Source: Thermoflexia bacterium
GTDB lineage: Bacteria; Chloroflexota; Anaerolineae; B4-G1; DUEL01
Direction of reading: 5' to 3'
DNA: 64,000 bases
Assembly (NCBI GenBank): GCA_011192125.1
Contig: DUEL01000019.1
Coordinates: forward strand, 2,374 to 66,373
Translations under genes and position numbers: made by a program
Shown: piece by piece, positions 1 to 8,450 of the stretch
How the letters are laid out: each line of letters opens with the position of its first letter
Numbering within the stretch: position 1 is the first letter of the stretch
Notes under the pieces: generated by a model
The model's input: the letters and a program-made list of their open reading frames with translations, nothing else
Told to the model about the DNA's origin: nothing
The model's database searches: none

Positions 1-3000
1 CCGCCCCCCAGGCGACGAAGAGGACGGTGCGGGCCGGCCGATACCCCGTCTCCTTCCACGCCCGCGCCATCTCCAGCAGGGCCGCCACGCCGGACGCGTT
101 GTGGTTGGCCCCGGGGAACAGGAGACCGTCCGGAGCCCGCCCCACGTGGTCGTAATGGGCACCGATCAGCAACACTTCGTCCGTCAGTTCGGGATCGCTC
201 CCCGGCCAGAGACCGACCACGTTGGCGGTCAGCGTGGTGGTGAGGGGGGATCGGAGCAGGGTCAGCCGAAGACGGACCCCCAGCGGAAGGGCCGGTGGGG
301 AGGCCCGCACCTCCGCCAACGCCCACCCCGCCCGATCGAGCAGCCGCTCGAAGGCCGTCTCGGAGATGCGAAAGACGGGGACCGGGACCGCCGCCTGAGC
401 CGCCTCCCCCCCTGGCTCCAGGGGCTCCCGCGTCACCCAGACGACGCCTCTCGCCCCCCGTTCGACCAGTTGCGCCAGGCGGACCTGCGGATCGGACGGC
501 TCCTGTTCGATCACCACCGCCCCACCCAACCGCATCCCCTCCAGATCGGACGGCCGCACCCACACCAGATCGTCCTCCACCTCGCCTGCCCCACCCCACT
601 CCACGAAGTCGTCCCGGTAGGCCAACTCGAGAAGCGGCTCTCCCCTGTCGTTCAGCAGAACCAGCGAGGGGGTGGTCAGCACCTGAGTGAGGGAAATGGG
701 GAACCACTGAAGGTACCCTCGCGTCGCCGCCTCGGTGGCGGTGAGCGGGTCCCCCATCGGCTCCAGACCCAGCGCGGCGAACTGCTCGGCGATGTAGGCC
801 GCCGCGCGGTCCGCCCCGGGGGTCCCGGCCGCCCGGCCGTCGTAGTCCGAACCGGAGAGCACGGCGATGTCCTCCAGCGCCCGCTGCGGGTCGAACCGCT
901 GGGCCACCCCCACCAGATCCTCCGGCAGCCCACCGGCGAGGGCGTACTCCCGCCACGCATCCAGGAACGAAGCCGGGTCCACGCCCAGCGCCGCGGGCAA
1001 CGCCCGACTCAGGCTCCCCAACCGCACCGTTTCCGCCACCAATCGGTGCAGCGCAGCCATCCCGTACCGTGCGACGACGTAGTCGACCATCGACCAGGCC
1101 TGCGCCTGGGCCAACTCCACCTGGTCGTCGGGAAGGGATGCGAAGGACGAGAGCGCCTCCAGGGGAAGGTCTCGGTGGCGACGGACACCGTCCTGGGCCA
1201 CGGACGCGTATCGTTCCGCTACCCAGTGCTCCCCCAGCGGCACCGCCCTCCCCGCCTCGTAGGCCGCTACGCCCTCCAGCAGCCACGGATCCCGAAGCCC
1301 TCTGGCGAGGAGCACCTGGCGGGCGAGTCCGCGGGCGATCCCCTCCTGCAGATCTCCGCCGCCCAGCCACAACCGGATCGGCCCGGCTCCGTTCGAGGGG
1401 AGGGACAGGAACCGGAACAGCGATTCATCGTCGTAGGCTTCGATCACCTGCGGCAACCCCGGCTCGGCCCCCAGGTCGGCCGTGACCCGCCGGTAGGCCG
1501 CCTCGGCCATATCGAGCACGCGCTGCGTCCAGGTCGCGTCCTGCCCCCGGTACCTCAACACGAAGTGATCGCTGGCCCGCTCCTCCCAGTCCACCCCGGC
1601 GTAGCGCCACTCGCCGCCCTGGCGCACGAACCGCGCCTCGTAGGTCACCTCCAGTGGCCGTTCCCCAGAGAGGACCGACCGGGCGGTGAGGGCCACAACC
1701 GCCTCCGCGCTCCCCGGCGCCCAGCCGACGACCTGCCCGGATTCGGTGTAGGAGAGCACGGTACGGGCCTGCATGCCGACCAGCCAGTCCCGCTCCCCCG
1801 CCCGCAGGGCCGGGTCGTCGGCGACCAGGGTGGAGAGGAGCCGGTCGACGTCGCCGGTGCGGATCGCCTCGCTGCGAGATGCCAGCACATCCCGGATCGT
1901 TGCCGCGTCGGCCTGCGACGGCGCGAGCCACCCGGTCCGCCAGGCGGCTTCGACCTCCTCCGGGGAGAGTCCCAGGCCATCGCGGAACGCCCGGGCGGGG
2001 TCGCCCCACCTCCCCCAGGCCGCGCACAGCGACCGGAGCCCCTGTGTACCGAACCGGTCGAGGAGATAATCGACCAGCCCCCAGGCCGCACCCTGCGCAA
2101 GTGGGGAGGGATCGGTCCAGGATTCGATCTGGAGCGGAGAGGTAACGACTCGGGCAATGGAGAGCAGGGGAAGGAACCGACGGGGAGGGTCAGGCTCGTA
2201 CCGCAGAGCCAGCCCCTCCCGCAGCCAGGGGGCCTCCCCGGGCAGGAGCCCCATCTGGTTCAGCGCCAGGCTGACGAGGGCCGGGGTGATCGGCTCCCCC
2301 CAGGCGATCTCCACCTGTCCGGCAGAGGGAGCCAGCCAGCGCACCTCCCGGTCCGCCGCCGGGCGGGCGATGGCCCGCATCGTCGCGCCGTTGGGGTAGA
2401 AGATCACGCGGGCTCCGCGCGGCTCCAGCCCCAGGTCGGCCGCGATCCGCAGGTAGGCCCGCTCCGTCTCGGTGAGCAACTGTGCGGCCCCCACCGGCAC
2501 GTCGGGGAACCGGCCGACGGTCAGCGCCTCTCCCTCGGCGGTCTCCAGTTCCGGCCCGGCCAGATACCAGGCCCCGCCCCGCCGGACGAAGCGGATCTCG
2601 TAGGAGGCGGAGGAGGTGCGGCGCGGCGAGTCGGCCCAGGCGTAGGAGACGGTCAGATCGGCCCAGGCTTCTCCCTCCCCCACCCGGACCCGGTCCGGCT
2701 CCATCCGCACTTCGGTCAGATCGCGCGACCAGAGGTTGTCGAACCAGGCCGTCTGGGCGGCGATCAGGTCGGGATCGGTCGGGTCGATCAGAGCGAGGAA
2801 ACCCTGCCGGTCGCCCGTCGCCACCGCCGCCCACAGGCGGGCGACGGCCTCCTCCACGTCAATGTCGGCGTCGGCGAGGGCGGCCAGGGCGTGGGCGGCG
2901 ACGACGCCCGAGGCGCGCAGGTGCTCCGGGTTGATCGCCTCTACGGTGTCGTCGGGCGAGTGGTAGACGGGATCGGGCCACCAGATCGGCATCGCTGCTA

Positions 3001-4405
3001 GGACATCCGCCTCGATGAACGAGGCGTGGTCGCTGCGGCCGATGGAGGAATGGGTCGCCGTGATCCCGAAGGTCGACGCACTCACCAGCAACTGGGCGGC
3101 GACGGGGTCCTCCCCGTCGATCATCAGCGTCTCGCCGCCGCCCACCATATCGAGGTTCAACACCGCGACGGTCCGGGTGAGGGGCAGCAGAGGGTTCTCG
3201 ACGTAATACCGGGAGCCGAGAAGGCCCAGTTCCTCCCCGTCCCAGGCGGCAAAAAGGACAGTGCGCGCCGGTCGAAAGCCCGCGTCGTGCCAGACCCGGG
3301 CGATCTCCAGCATCGTCGCCACGCCGGACGCGTTGTCGTTGGCCCCGTGCATCACCGCCCCGTCCGGCTCCCGCCCCAGGTGGTCGTAGTGCGCGCCGAC
3401 GACCACCACCTCGTCCCGATGCTCAGGATCGGCCCCCAGCAGCAGCCCCAGCACGTTGCGGGCCTCCACCGCTTCTTTCTCCTCCACCCGCACCGCCATC
3501 CGCACGGTGGTCGAAAGGGGCGTGGCGGTGAAGCGGACGCTCAGGTCGTCCAGCGTGTAGTCGGTGCCGAGCAGGAGGTCCTGAGCCACCCGCTCCGAGA
3601 CGAGGTAGGCCGGGATCGTCTCCGGCACCCAGGCGATCTCCCGGTACGCCCCGCGACGGAAGAACGGCTCCTCCCGCTCCCAATCCACCAGGAGCAGCCC
3701 CGCCACCCCGTGCTCGATGGCCCGGCGGTAGACCTCTGGATCGGACCGATACCGGCAGAGGACGACCTTGCCCACCACGTCCTGCCCGAGGAAGGCGTCG
3801 TCGTCGCACCGGTTGAGCCAGACGACGGGCCCTTCTCCCTCGCCCGCGCCGACGTAGCCGCCGGTCAGCGCCCGGTAGTCGATGCGGTAGGCGTAGGTAT
3901 GGGTGAGCACCTCTCCGTCCGGCAGGACGATCTCCAGGAGCGGTAAATCGGTGATCCGGCCGTAGGGCAGAGTGAAGGTCTGGAAGTACGTGTGGTCCAG
4001 GCCCACTGGCTGCAGACCGTACTCGGCGAAGCGGGCGGCGATGTAGTTGCCAGCGGCCCGGCCGTCGGGCGTGCCCGCCTGCCGGCCACCGAGGTCGTCC
4101 GAGGCCAGGTAGGTGATGTGCTCCAACGCCCGCTCGACGTCGAAGCCCCGAGCCAGGTCCACGTGGTCGTCGGCGGGGACCGGTCCCTCACCGGCGATCG
4201 GCACAGGGGTCGGCGTCGGAGCCGGACGCGCCCCTCCGGGGACGACCGTGCGGGCGGAGGGGAGTTGGAACTGAGGAAGGGGCGTCGGCCCCGGTTCCCC
4301 GATCTCCATCGGTGGGAGACAGCCCGCCAGGCCCCCCAAGTAGAGGAGGGCCAGGAGGGTCACGACAAACAATCTTTGGTAGATCGGCGAGGGCGATCCA
4401 GACAT
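1..4405 (-). CDS. Giant secreted lipoprotein with two PA/M28 aminopeptidase modules; 3' end runs off the window (>1468 aa)
   Basis: Absent from the ORF track because no stop lies inside the window. The minus frame opened by ATG at 4405-4403 is shared by no listed minus ORF. N-terminus MSGSPSPIYQRLFVVTLLALLYLGGLAGC has a lipobox. M28 blocks VVVVGAHYDHLGREPDGAVMHGANDNASGVATMLEIARVW (~3290-3415) and LLIGAHYDHVGRAPDGLLFPGANHNASGVAALLEMARAW (~60-175) were both checked in frame with 4405. Confidence 0.8.
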   Translation of the reverse strand, partial: MSGSPSPIYQRLFVVTLLALLYLGGLAGCLPPMEIGEPGPTPLPQFQLPSARTVVPGGARPAPTPTPVPIAGEGPVPADDHVDLARGFDVERALEHITYLASDDLGGRQAGTPDGRAAGNYIAARFAEYGLQPVGLDHTYFQTFTLPYGRITDLPLLEIVLPDGEVLTHTYAYRIDYRALTGGYVGAGEGEGPVVWLNRCDDDAFLGQDVVGKVVLCRYRSDPEVYRRAIEHGVAGLLLVDWEREEPFFRRGAYREIAWVPETIPAYLVSERVAQDLLLGTDYTLDDLSVRFTATPLSTTVRMAVRVEEKEAVEARNVLGLLLGADPEHRDEVVVVGAHYDHLGREPDGAVMHGANDNASGVATMLEIARVWHDAGFRPARTVLFAAWDGEELGLLGSRYYVENPLLPLTRTVAVLNLDMVGGGETLMIDGEDPVAAQLLVSASTFGITATHSSIGRSDHASFIEADVLAAMPIWWPDPVYHSPDDTVEAINPEHLRASGVVAAHALAALADADIDVEEAVARLWAAVATGDRQGFLALIDPTDPDLIAAQTAWFDNLWSRDLTEVRMEPDRVRVGEGEAWADLTVSYAWADSPRRTSSASYEIRFVRRGGAWYLAGPELETAEGEALTVGRFPDVPVGAAQLLTETERAYLRIAADLGLEPRGARVIFYPNGATMRAIARPAADREVRWLAPSAGQVEIAWGEPITPALVSLALNQMGLLPGEAPWLREGLALRYEPDPPRRFLPLLSIARVVTSPLQIESWTDPSPLAQGAAWGLVDYLLDRFGTQGLRSLCAAWGRWGDPARAFRDGLGLSPEEVEAAWRTGWLAPSQADAATIRDVLASRSEAIRTGDVDRLLSTLVADDPALRAGERDWLVGMQARTVLSYTESGQVVGWAPGSAEAVVALTARSVLSGERPLEVTYEARFVRQGGEWRYAGVDWEERASDHFVLRYRGQDATWTQRVLDMAEAAYRRVTADLGAEPGLPQVIEAYDDESLFRFLSLPSNGAGPIRLWLGGGDLQEGIARGLARQVLLARGLRDPWLLEGVAAYEAGRAVPLGEHWVAERYASVAQDGVRRHRDLPLEALSSFASLPDDQVELAQAQAWSMVDYVVARYGMAALHRLVAETVRLGSLSRALPAALGVDPASFLDAWREYALAGGLPEDLVGVAQRFDPQRALEDIAVLSGSDYDGRAAGTPGADRAAAYIAEQFAALGLEPMGDPLTATEAATRGYLQWFPISLTQVLTTPSLVLLNDRGEPLLELAYRDDFVEWGGAGEVEDDLVWVRPSDLEGMRLGGAVVIEQEPSDPQVRLAQLVERGARGVVWVTREPLEPGGEAAQAAVPVPVFRISETAFERLLDRAGWALAEVRASPPALPLGVRLRLTLLRSPLTTTLTANVVGLWPGSDPELTDEVLLIGAHYDHVGRAPDGLLFPGANHNASGVAALLEMARAWKETGYRPARTVLFVAWGA

Positions 4406-4415
4406 AGGTTCTCAC

Positions 4416-4450
4416 ACGTGATACGTGATGCGTGATGCGCGGTGCGTGAG
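4416..4450. repeat. Heptanucleotide tandem array, 5 units (ACGTGAT ACGTGAT GCGTGAT GCGCGGT GCGTGAG)
   Basis: Read directly. Inverted copy of the array at 4985-5019. Lies between the start of the giant M28 gene and the stop of the four-helix-bundle gene. Confidence 0.85.
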
Positions 4451-4456
4451 TGGAGT

Positions 4457-4984
4457 CTAGGGTAAAGGTACATCACGCAAGAGAATTTCGAGGTCGTCAG
4501 GTTCATCAGTAGGAACGGTCTCCAAGACGGACGAAGTACCATACGGCACCGGGGCCTCGCCCAAAGTGCGGCCCCGCTGCTGGGGAATCATCGTCAAGAG
4601 CAAACGGATGACCTGAGTGAGAAGTCGTAGACGATGTGCAGTGACGGTAGGCCCTAGGATATGTCGGCCCTTGTAGTACCAATCCCGACTCTCACGGGCC
4701 GATCCCAGGGAATACTCGTAGAACCGCGCCCGATCTCGGCCCGAGCCGCGCGAATAGCCTTCAGCCAGATTGGCACTAATGGATCCAAGGGACCGATACA
4801 ACTGATCCGCCACCCCCCAGGTGCGCCGGTCCTTCATCAACTTGGTCACGTCATACCAGCCCAACTCTGCAGCAAACAGTGCCAATCGATATGCCTCCAT
4901 CCGCCACAGCACATCTCTTTTGAGTTCCTCAGGCACCGTACGTTCCCACTCCTCATACGTCATTTTCTCCTCCATCGACACCAT
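4457..4984 (-). CDS. Four-helix-bundle protein (23S rRNA intervening-sequence protein / Avd-like family)
   Basis: 175 aa. Family-typical core ADQLYRSLGSISANLAEGYSRGSGRDRARFYEYSLGSARESRDWYYKG. GC visibly lower than both flanks. Confidence 0.85.
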   Translation of the reverse strand: MVSMEEKMTYEEWERTVPEELKRDVLWRMEAYRLALFAAELGWYDVTKLMKDRRTWGVADQLYRSLGSISANLAEGYSRGSGRDRARFYEYSLGSARESRDWYYKGRHILGPTVTAHRLRLLTQVIRLLLTMIPQQRGRTLGEAPVPYGTSSVLETVPTDEPDDLEILLRDVPLP

Positions 4985-5019
4985 CTCACCTCACGTCTCA
5001 CGTATCACGCACCATATCA
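4985..5019. repeat. Heptanucleotide tandem array, 5 units (CTCACCT CACGTCT CACGTAT CACGCAC CATATCA)
   Basis: The reverse complement gives the ATACGTG-type units of the 4416-4450 array. Abuts the start codon of the four-helix-bundle gene and contains the stop of the permease-M28 gene. Confidence 0.85.
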
Positions 5020-7467
5020 GTACCTCGGCTCGTGCGCCGCCGTGATCAGGGTCAGGTTGACCACCTGGGCAGCACGGCTCAGGTGGTCGGCGTTCACCCG
5101 CTCCGCCGTGTCCTCAGCCAGGGCCGGGTCCGGGTCCCCCCAGGTGACGATGAGCGTGCCGTTCCGCCCCTGAAACAACTCCTGATATGGATGGAAGACC
5201 CGCCCGCCCTGCCCCACCGGCACGCCGAGGCGGCCCGCGCTGGCGGTGAAGAGATCGAGCAACTTGTTGAGCCCGCTCACCTGGCGGACCACCAGGCCCG
5301 GCCCCTCCCCTCCCAGCCGATCGAGGTGGATCACCGCCGAGAACCGGTACACCCCCACGAAGCCGGGGCGGTCCAGAAAAGCGTGCGCCCCCGAGTACTG
5401 GAGGTCGCCCCCGGCCCACGCGGCGAAGAGGACGCTGCGCCGTGGCTGGAACGACTGCTCCTGCCACAGCCGGGCGATCTCCAGCATCGTCGCCACGCCG
5501 GTCCCGTTCTCGTTGGCACCGGGATAGAGGGTGCCATCCAGCCCCCGCCCTGGTCCGTCGTAGTGAGCCGACACGACCACCAGGTCATCGGCCAACGCAG
5601 CATCGGCCCCGTCGAGCAGGGCCAGCACGTTGAGGAGGGCCACCGGCCTGGGCAACCCCAGCGCGACCCGCATCCGCACCCACGCCGAGAGGTCGCGCGC
5701 CACCCAGGGCACCTCCAGCTCCTCGGCCTCTGCCAGCAGGTCAGCCACCTGTAGCCCGTCCGCCGCGAGGATCGCGTCCGCCGTCTCCGGGGCGATGCGG
5801 AGGACCGGCAACTCCGGCCGCCCCAGGTCCTCCTCGGAGAGGATCTGATCGCGCGGATAGACGTCGGTGGAGACGATCAGCACCCCCTCCGCGCCGCGGA
5901 TCATCGCCTCCGTCTCGAAGTCGAACGGCGCGTTGCCCGCGATGAGCATCACCACCCGCCCCCGGAGGTCGAGCCCCCGATAGCGGGCGTAGGTCTCCAG
6001 CGACGGCGGGCGGCGAGCCTCGGAGGGGTGGAACAGGACAAGGGTCACCGGTCCCTCGGCCTCGCCGCTCCCCCCGTGCCGCTCCACGCTCTCGCCGAAG
6101 TCGGCGATGCGAGTGAAGGTCCGCACCACCCCACCCTCCCCGTCCAGCAGCGCCAGTTCCGGCGGCTCCACCGGATCGACCAGGGTAACCTCCACCTCGT
6201 CCAGCCACGCGGTCAGGCCGTAACTTACGAACTCGTCCCGGATGTACTCCGCCGCCCGGCGCGCCCCCTCCGTGCCGACACCCCGCCCTTCGAGATCGGG
6301 CGAGGCGAGGAACTGGACGTGGCGCATCAGGTCCTCCGCGCGTATCTGCTGGGCCAGGTGGCGGTAGGAGGGTGCGGGTCCCAGGGTCAGGATGACGTAG
6401 ACGCTGGCCGCCGAGATCAACCCGGCAGCGACCAGCGATCGCCAACCGAGCAGGACGCCGGTGTTGAACGACCCCCGCTCGATCAGCCGCCGCAATCCCT
6501 CTCCAAGGAGGTTGAAACCGGTCACGGCGATGAAGAAGGCCAGCGCGGGGTAGAGGATCATCCAGGGGCGGGACCGGGCCCAGGCGCGGGACCCGGCCAT
6601 CATCGCCCCCCACTCCGGCACGGTGAAGTACTGGCGACGGGCGAAGTCGTCCACCTGGATGGAGATGCCCCCGCCGATGTAGACGCCGAGGAACCCCAGT
6701 TCGCCCAGGATCATCAGCACTGCGCCCATCTCCAGCAGGGTGATGACGATCAGCGCGGGGAGGATGTTCGGCAACACGTGGCGCACCGCCAGTTGGAGGG
6801 GGGTCAGTCCGATCACGCGCCCGCTATCCAGGAAGGGCTCCTTCTTGATGCGGATGAACTCCGCCCGCACGTACTGGCCGATCTCTCCCCAGCCGATGAC
6901 GCAGAGGGCGACGATGAAGACGGGAAGACCGCGTCGGATGTCGAGGGCGAAGATGACGATCATCGCCACCAGGACCATCGGGAGGGAGGCGAGGACCTGG
7001 ACGGCCGCGGTCACGGCCCGGTCGATCAGACGGCCCTCATACCATCCTGCCAGGCCGCCGAGGATCAACCCCAGAGCCAACCGGGTCATCGTGATGAAAG
7101 CCGCGGCGACCAGCGTGTTGCGGGTACCGTAGAGGAGCATGCTCAGCGTATCGCGGCCCAACTCGTCGGTGCCCAGCGGGTGCTCGGGGGAGGGCGGGAA
7201 GGGCGGCCGGTAGAAGGTCCCCTCCCGGTACTCCAGCACCCTCCGCCCGTGGAGATAGGGGTTCTCCGGCGCCAGAAGGGGGCCGAAAAGGACGAGCAGG
7301 AAAAGTGCCAGGACGACGAACCCTCCGACAAGGAGCGGGAAGTTGAGGAGGACGTGCCGGAGTCGCACCCGCCGTTCGGGGACCTCGTCGGGCGGCCGGG
7401 TCCGCCGCAGCCGGGAGAGGTCGGCCCGGGGGTTCAGCAGCCGGCCGAGCGCGCGCAGCAGGCTCAC
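5017..7467 (-). CDS. Fusion: OppC/DppC-type ABC permease (N-terminal) + PA/M28 aminopeptidase (C-terminal, extracytoplasmic)
   Basis: 816 aa. Permease motifs PLGTDELGRDTLSMLLYGTRNTL and EPFLDSGRVIGLTPLQLAVRHVLPNILPALIV, then an extra TM helix. An M28 block VVVSAHYDGPGRGLDGTLYPGANENGTGVATMLEIARLW follows. Confidence 0.85.
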   Translation of the reverse strand: MSLLRALGRLLNPRADLSRLRRTRPPDEVPERRVRLRHVLLNFPLLVGGFVVLALFLLVLFGPLLAPENPYLHGRRVLEYREGTFYRPPFPPSPEHPLGTDELGRDTLSMLLYGTRNTLVAAAFITMTRLALGLILGGLAGWYEGRLIDRAVTAAVQVLASLPMVLVAMIVIFALDIRRGLPVFIVALCVIGWGEIGQYVRAEFIRIKKEPFLDSGRVIGLTPLQLAVRHVLPNILPALIVITLLEMGAVLMILGELGFLGVYIGGGISIQVDDFARRQYFTVPEWGAMMAGSRAWARSRPWMILYPALAFFIAVTGFNLLGEGLRRLIERGSFNTGVLLGWRSLVAAGLISAASVYVILTLGPAPSYRHLAQQIRAEDLMRHVQFLASPDLEGRGVGTEGARRAAEYIRDEFVSYGLTAWLDEVEVTLVDPVEPPELALLDGEGGVVRTFTRIADFGESVERHGGSGEAEGPVTLVLFHPSEARRPPSLETYARYRGLDLRGRVVMLIAGNAPFDFETEAMIRGAEGVLIVSTDVYPRDQILSEEDLGRPELPVLRIAPETADAILAADGLQVADLLAEAEELEVPWVARDLSAWVRMRVALGLPRPVALLNVLALLDGADAALADDLVVVSAHYDGPGRGLDGTLYPGANENGTGVATMLEIARLWQEQSFQPRRSVLFAAWAGGDLQYSGAHAFLDRPGFVGVYRFSAVIHLDRLGGEGPGLVVRQVSGLNKLLDLFTASAGRLGVPVGQGGRVFHPYQELFQGRNGTLIVTWGDPDPALAEDTAERVNADHLSRAAQVVNLTLITAAHEPRY

Positions 7468-8435
7468 AGCCCCTCCTCCGACGCGCGCAACCTCGGGTCG
7501 ATCCAGCGGTAGAACAGATCGACCAGCAAGGTGAGCAACAGGAAGGTGACACCGATGCTCAGGCCCAGCGCGGCTACCTGCTGCGCGTCTCCCTTAAGAA
7601 TCCCCTCCAGCATCGCCTGCCCGACCCCCGGCCAGGAGAAGAAGACCTCGACCACGGGCAGGCTGCCGAGGGCGAAGCGGAAGGAGACGAGGATGGCGGT
7701 CAGGATGGACACCCCGGCGTTCCGCAGCGCGTGCCGCCGGAAGACGACCGTCTCCCGCAGCCCCTTGGCCCGCGCGGTGCGGATGAAATCCCGCTCCAAC
7801 ACGTCGGAGAGGGTCACGAACGTGACGCGAGTGATGTGGGCCAGCGGACGGGCGGCCAGCACCAGCGCCGGTGCCACCATCGCGGGCAACAGGCTCTGGG
7901 TCCGATGGAGGCTGATCCCGTAGGCAGGGAACAGGCCCACGCCGGTCCGCTGGTAGAAGCGAATGTCGATCACCTGCAACAGGAGGGCGAGGAAGAAACT
8001 GGGGATGGAGATGCCGATCACGGTGAGCGTAAGCGTGGGAAGCGCGAAGGGAGAACGTCGCCAGGCGGCAGCCAACCCCCCGGCGACCACGCCGAGGATC
8101 GTTGCGACGCCGACGCCGGTCAGCAACAACCGCCAACTGGCGGGATAGGTCGTGGTCAGAACGGTCCCGAGCGCGTACCTCAGATCGCCCCGCAGGAGAC
8201 CCCCGAAGAAATCGACCGTAGCCCCCAGCGCCGGCCCGACCTGCGTCCAGACACTGCGAGGCTCCCCGGCGGACATCGAGTTGGTCCGCAAGCCCACGCC
8301 CAGAAAGCAGAAATAGACGATGGCAAAAGCCACGGCGGCGATGAAGGCCAGCCGCCGCGCCAACAGGGCCAGGAGGTCAACGAGGATCGAGTGTCGCTCG
8401 GCGTCGCGGGAAACGGGCCGCATCACATCTTTCAA
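7464..8435 (-). CDS. OppB/DppB-type ABC transporter permease
   Basis: 323 aa. IRTARAKGLRETVVFRRHALRNAGVSILT and C-terminal LVDLFYRWIDPRLR. 4-nt ATGA overlap with the downstream permease-M28 gene. Confidence 0.9.
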   Translation of the reverse strand: MKDVMRPVSRDAERHSILVDLLALLARRLAFIAAVAFAIVYFCFLGVGLRTNSMSAGEPRSVWTQVGPALGATVDFFGGLLRGDLRYALGTVLTTTYPASWRLLLTGVGVATILGVVAGGLAAAWRRSPFALPTLTLTVIGISIPSFFLALLLQVIDIRFYQRTGVGLFPAYGISLHRTQSLLPAMVAPALVLAARPLAHITRVTFVTLSDVLERDFIRTARAKGLRETVVFRRHALRNAGVSILTAILVSFRFALGSLPVVEVFFSWPGVGQAMLEGILKGDAQQVAALGLSIGVTFLLLTLLVDLFYRWIDPRLRASEEGL

Positions 8436-8450
8436 CTACCCTTGCCCCCC

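Noticed and set aside
101-3001. 966-aa plus-strand ORF, plus the 3026-3946 ORF and several 60-230-aa ORFs on both strands in 1-4400.
   Set aside because: The translations are R/P/G-rich low-complexity sequence with no recognisable motifs. They lie antisense to, or out of frame with, the minus-strand frame that carries two clear M28 peptidase signatures. These are typical high-GC shadow ORFs.
4457-4984. Four-helix-bundle gene as the Avd component of a diversity-generating retroelement.
   Set aside because: I could find no reverse-transcriptase ORF, no template/variable repeat pair and no target gene with a C-terminal variable region in the window. Only the family resemblance remains.
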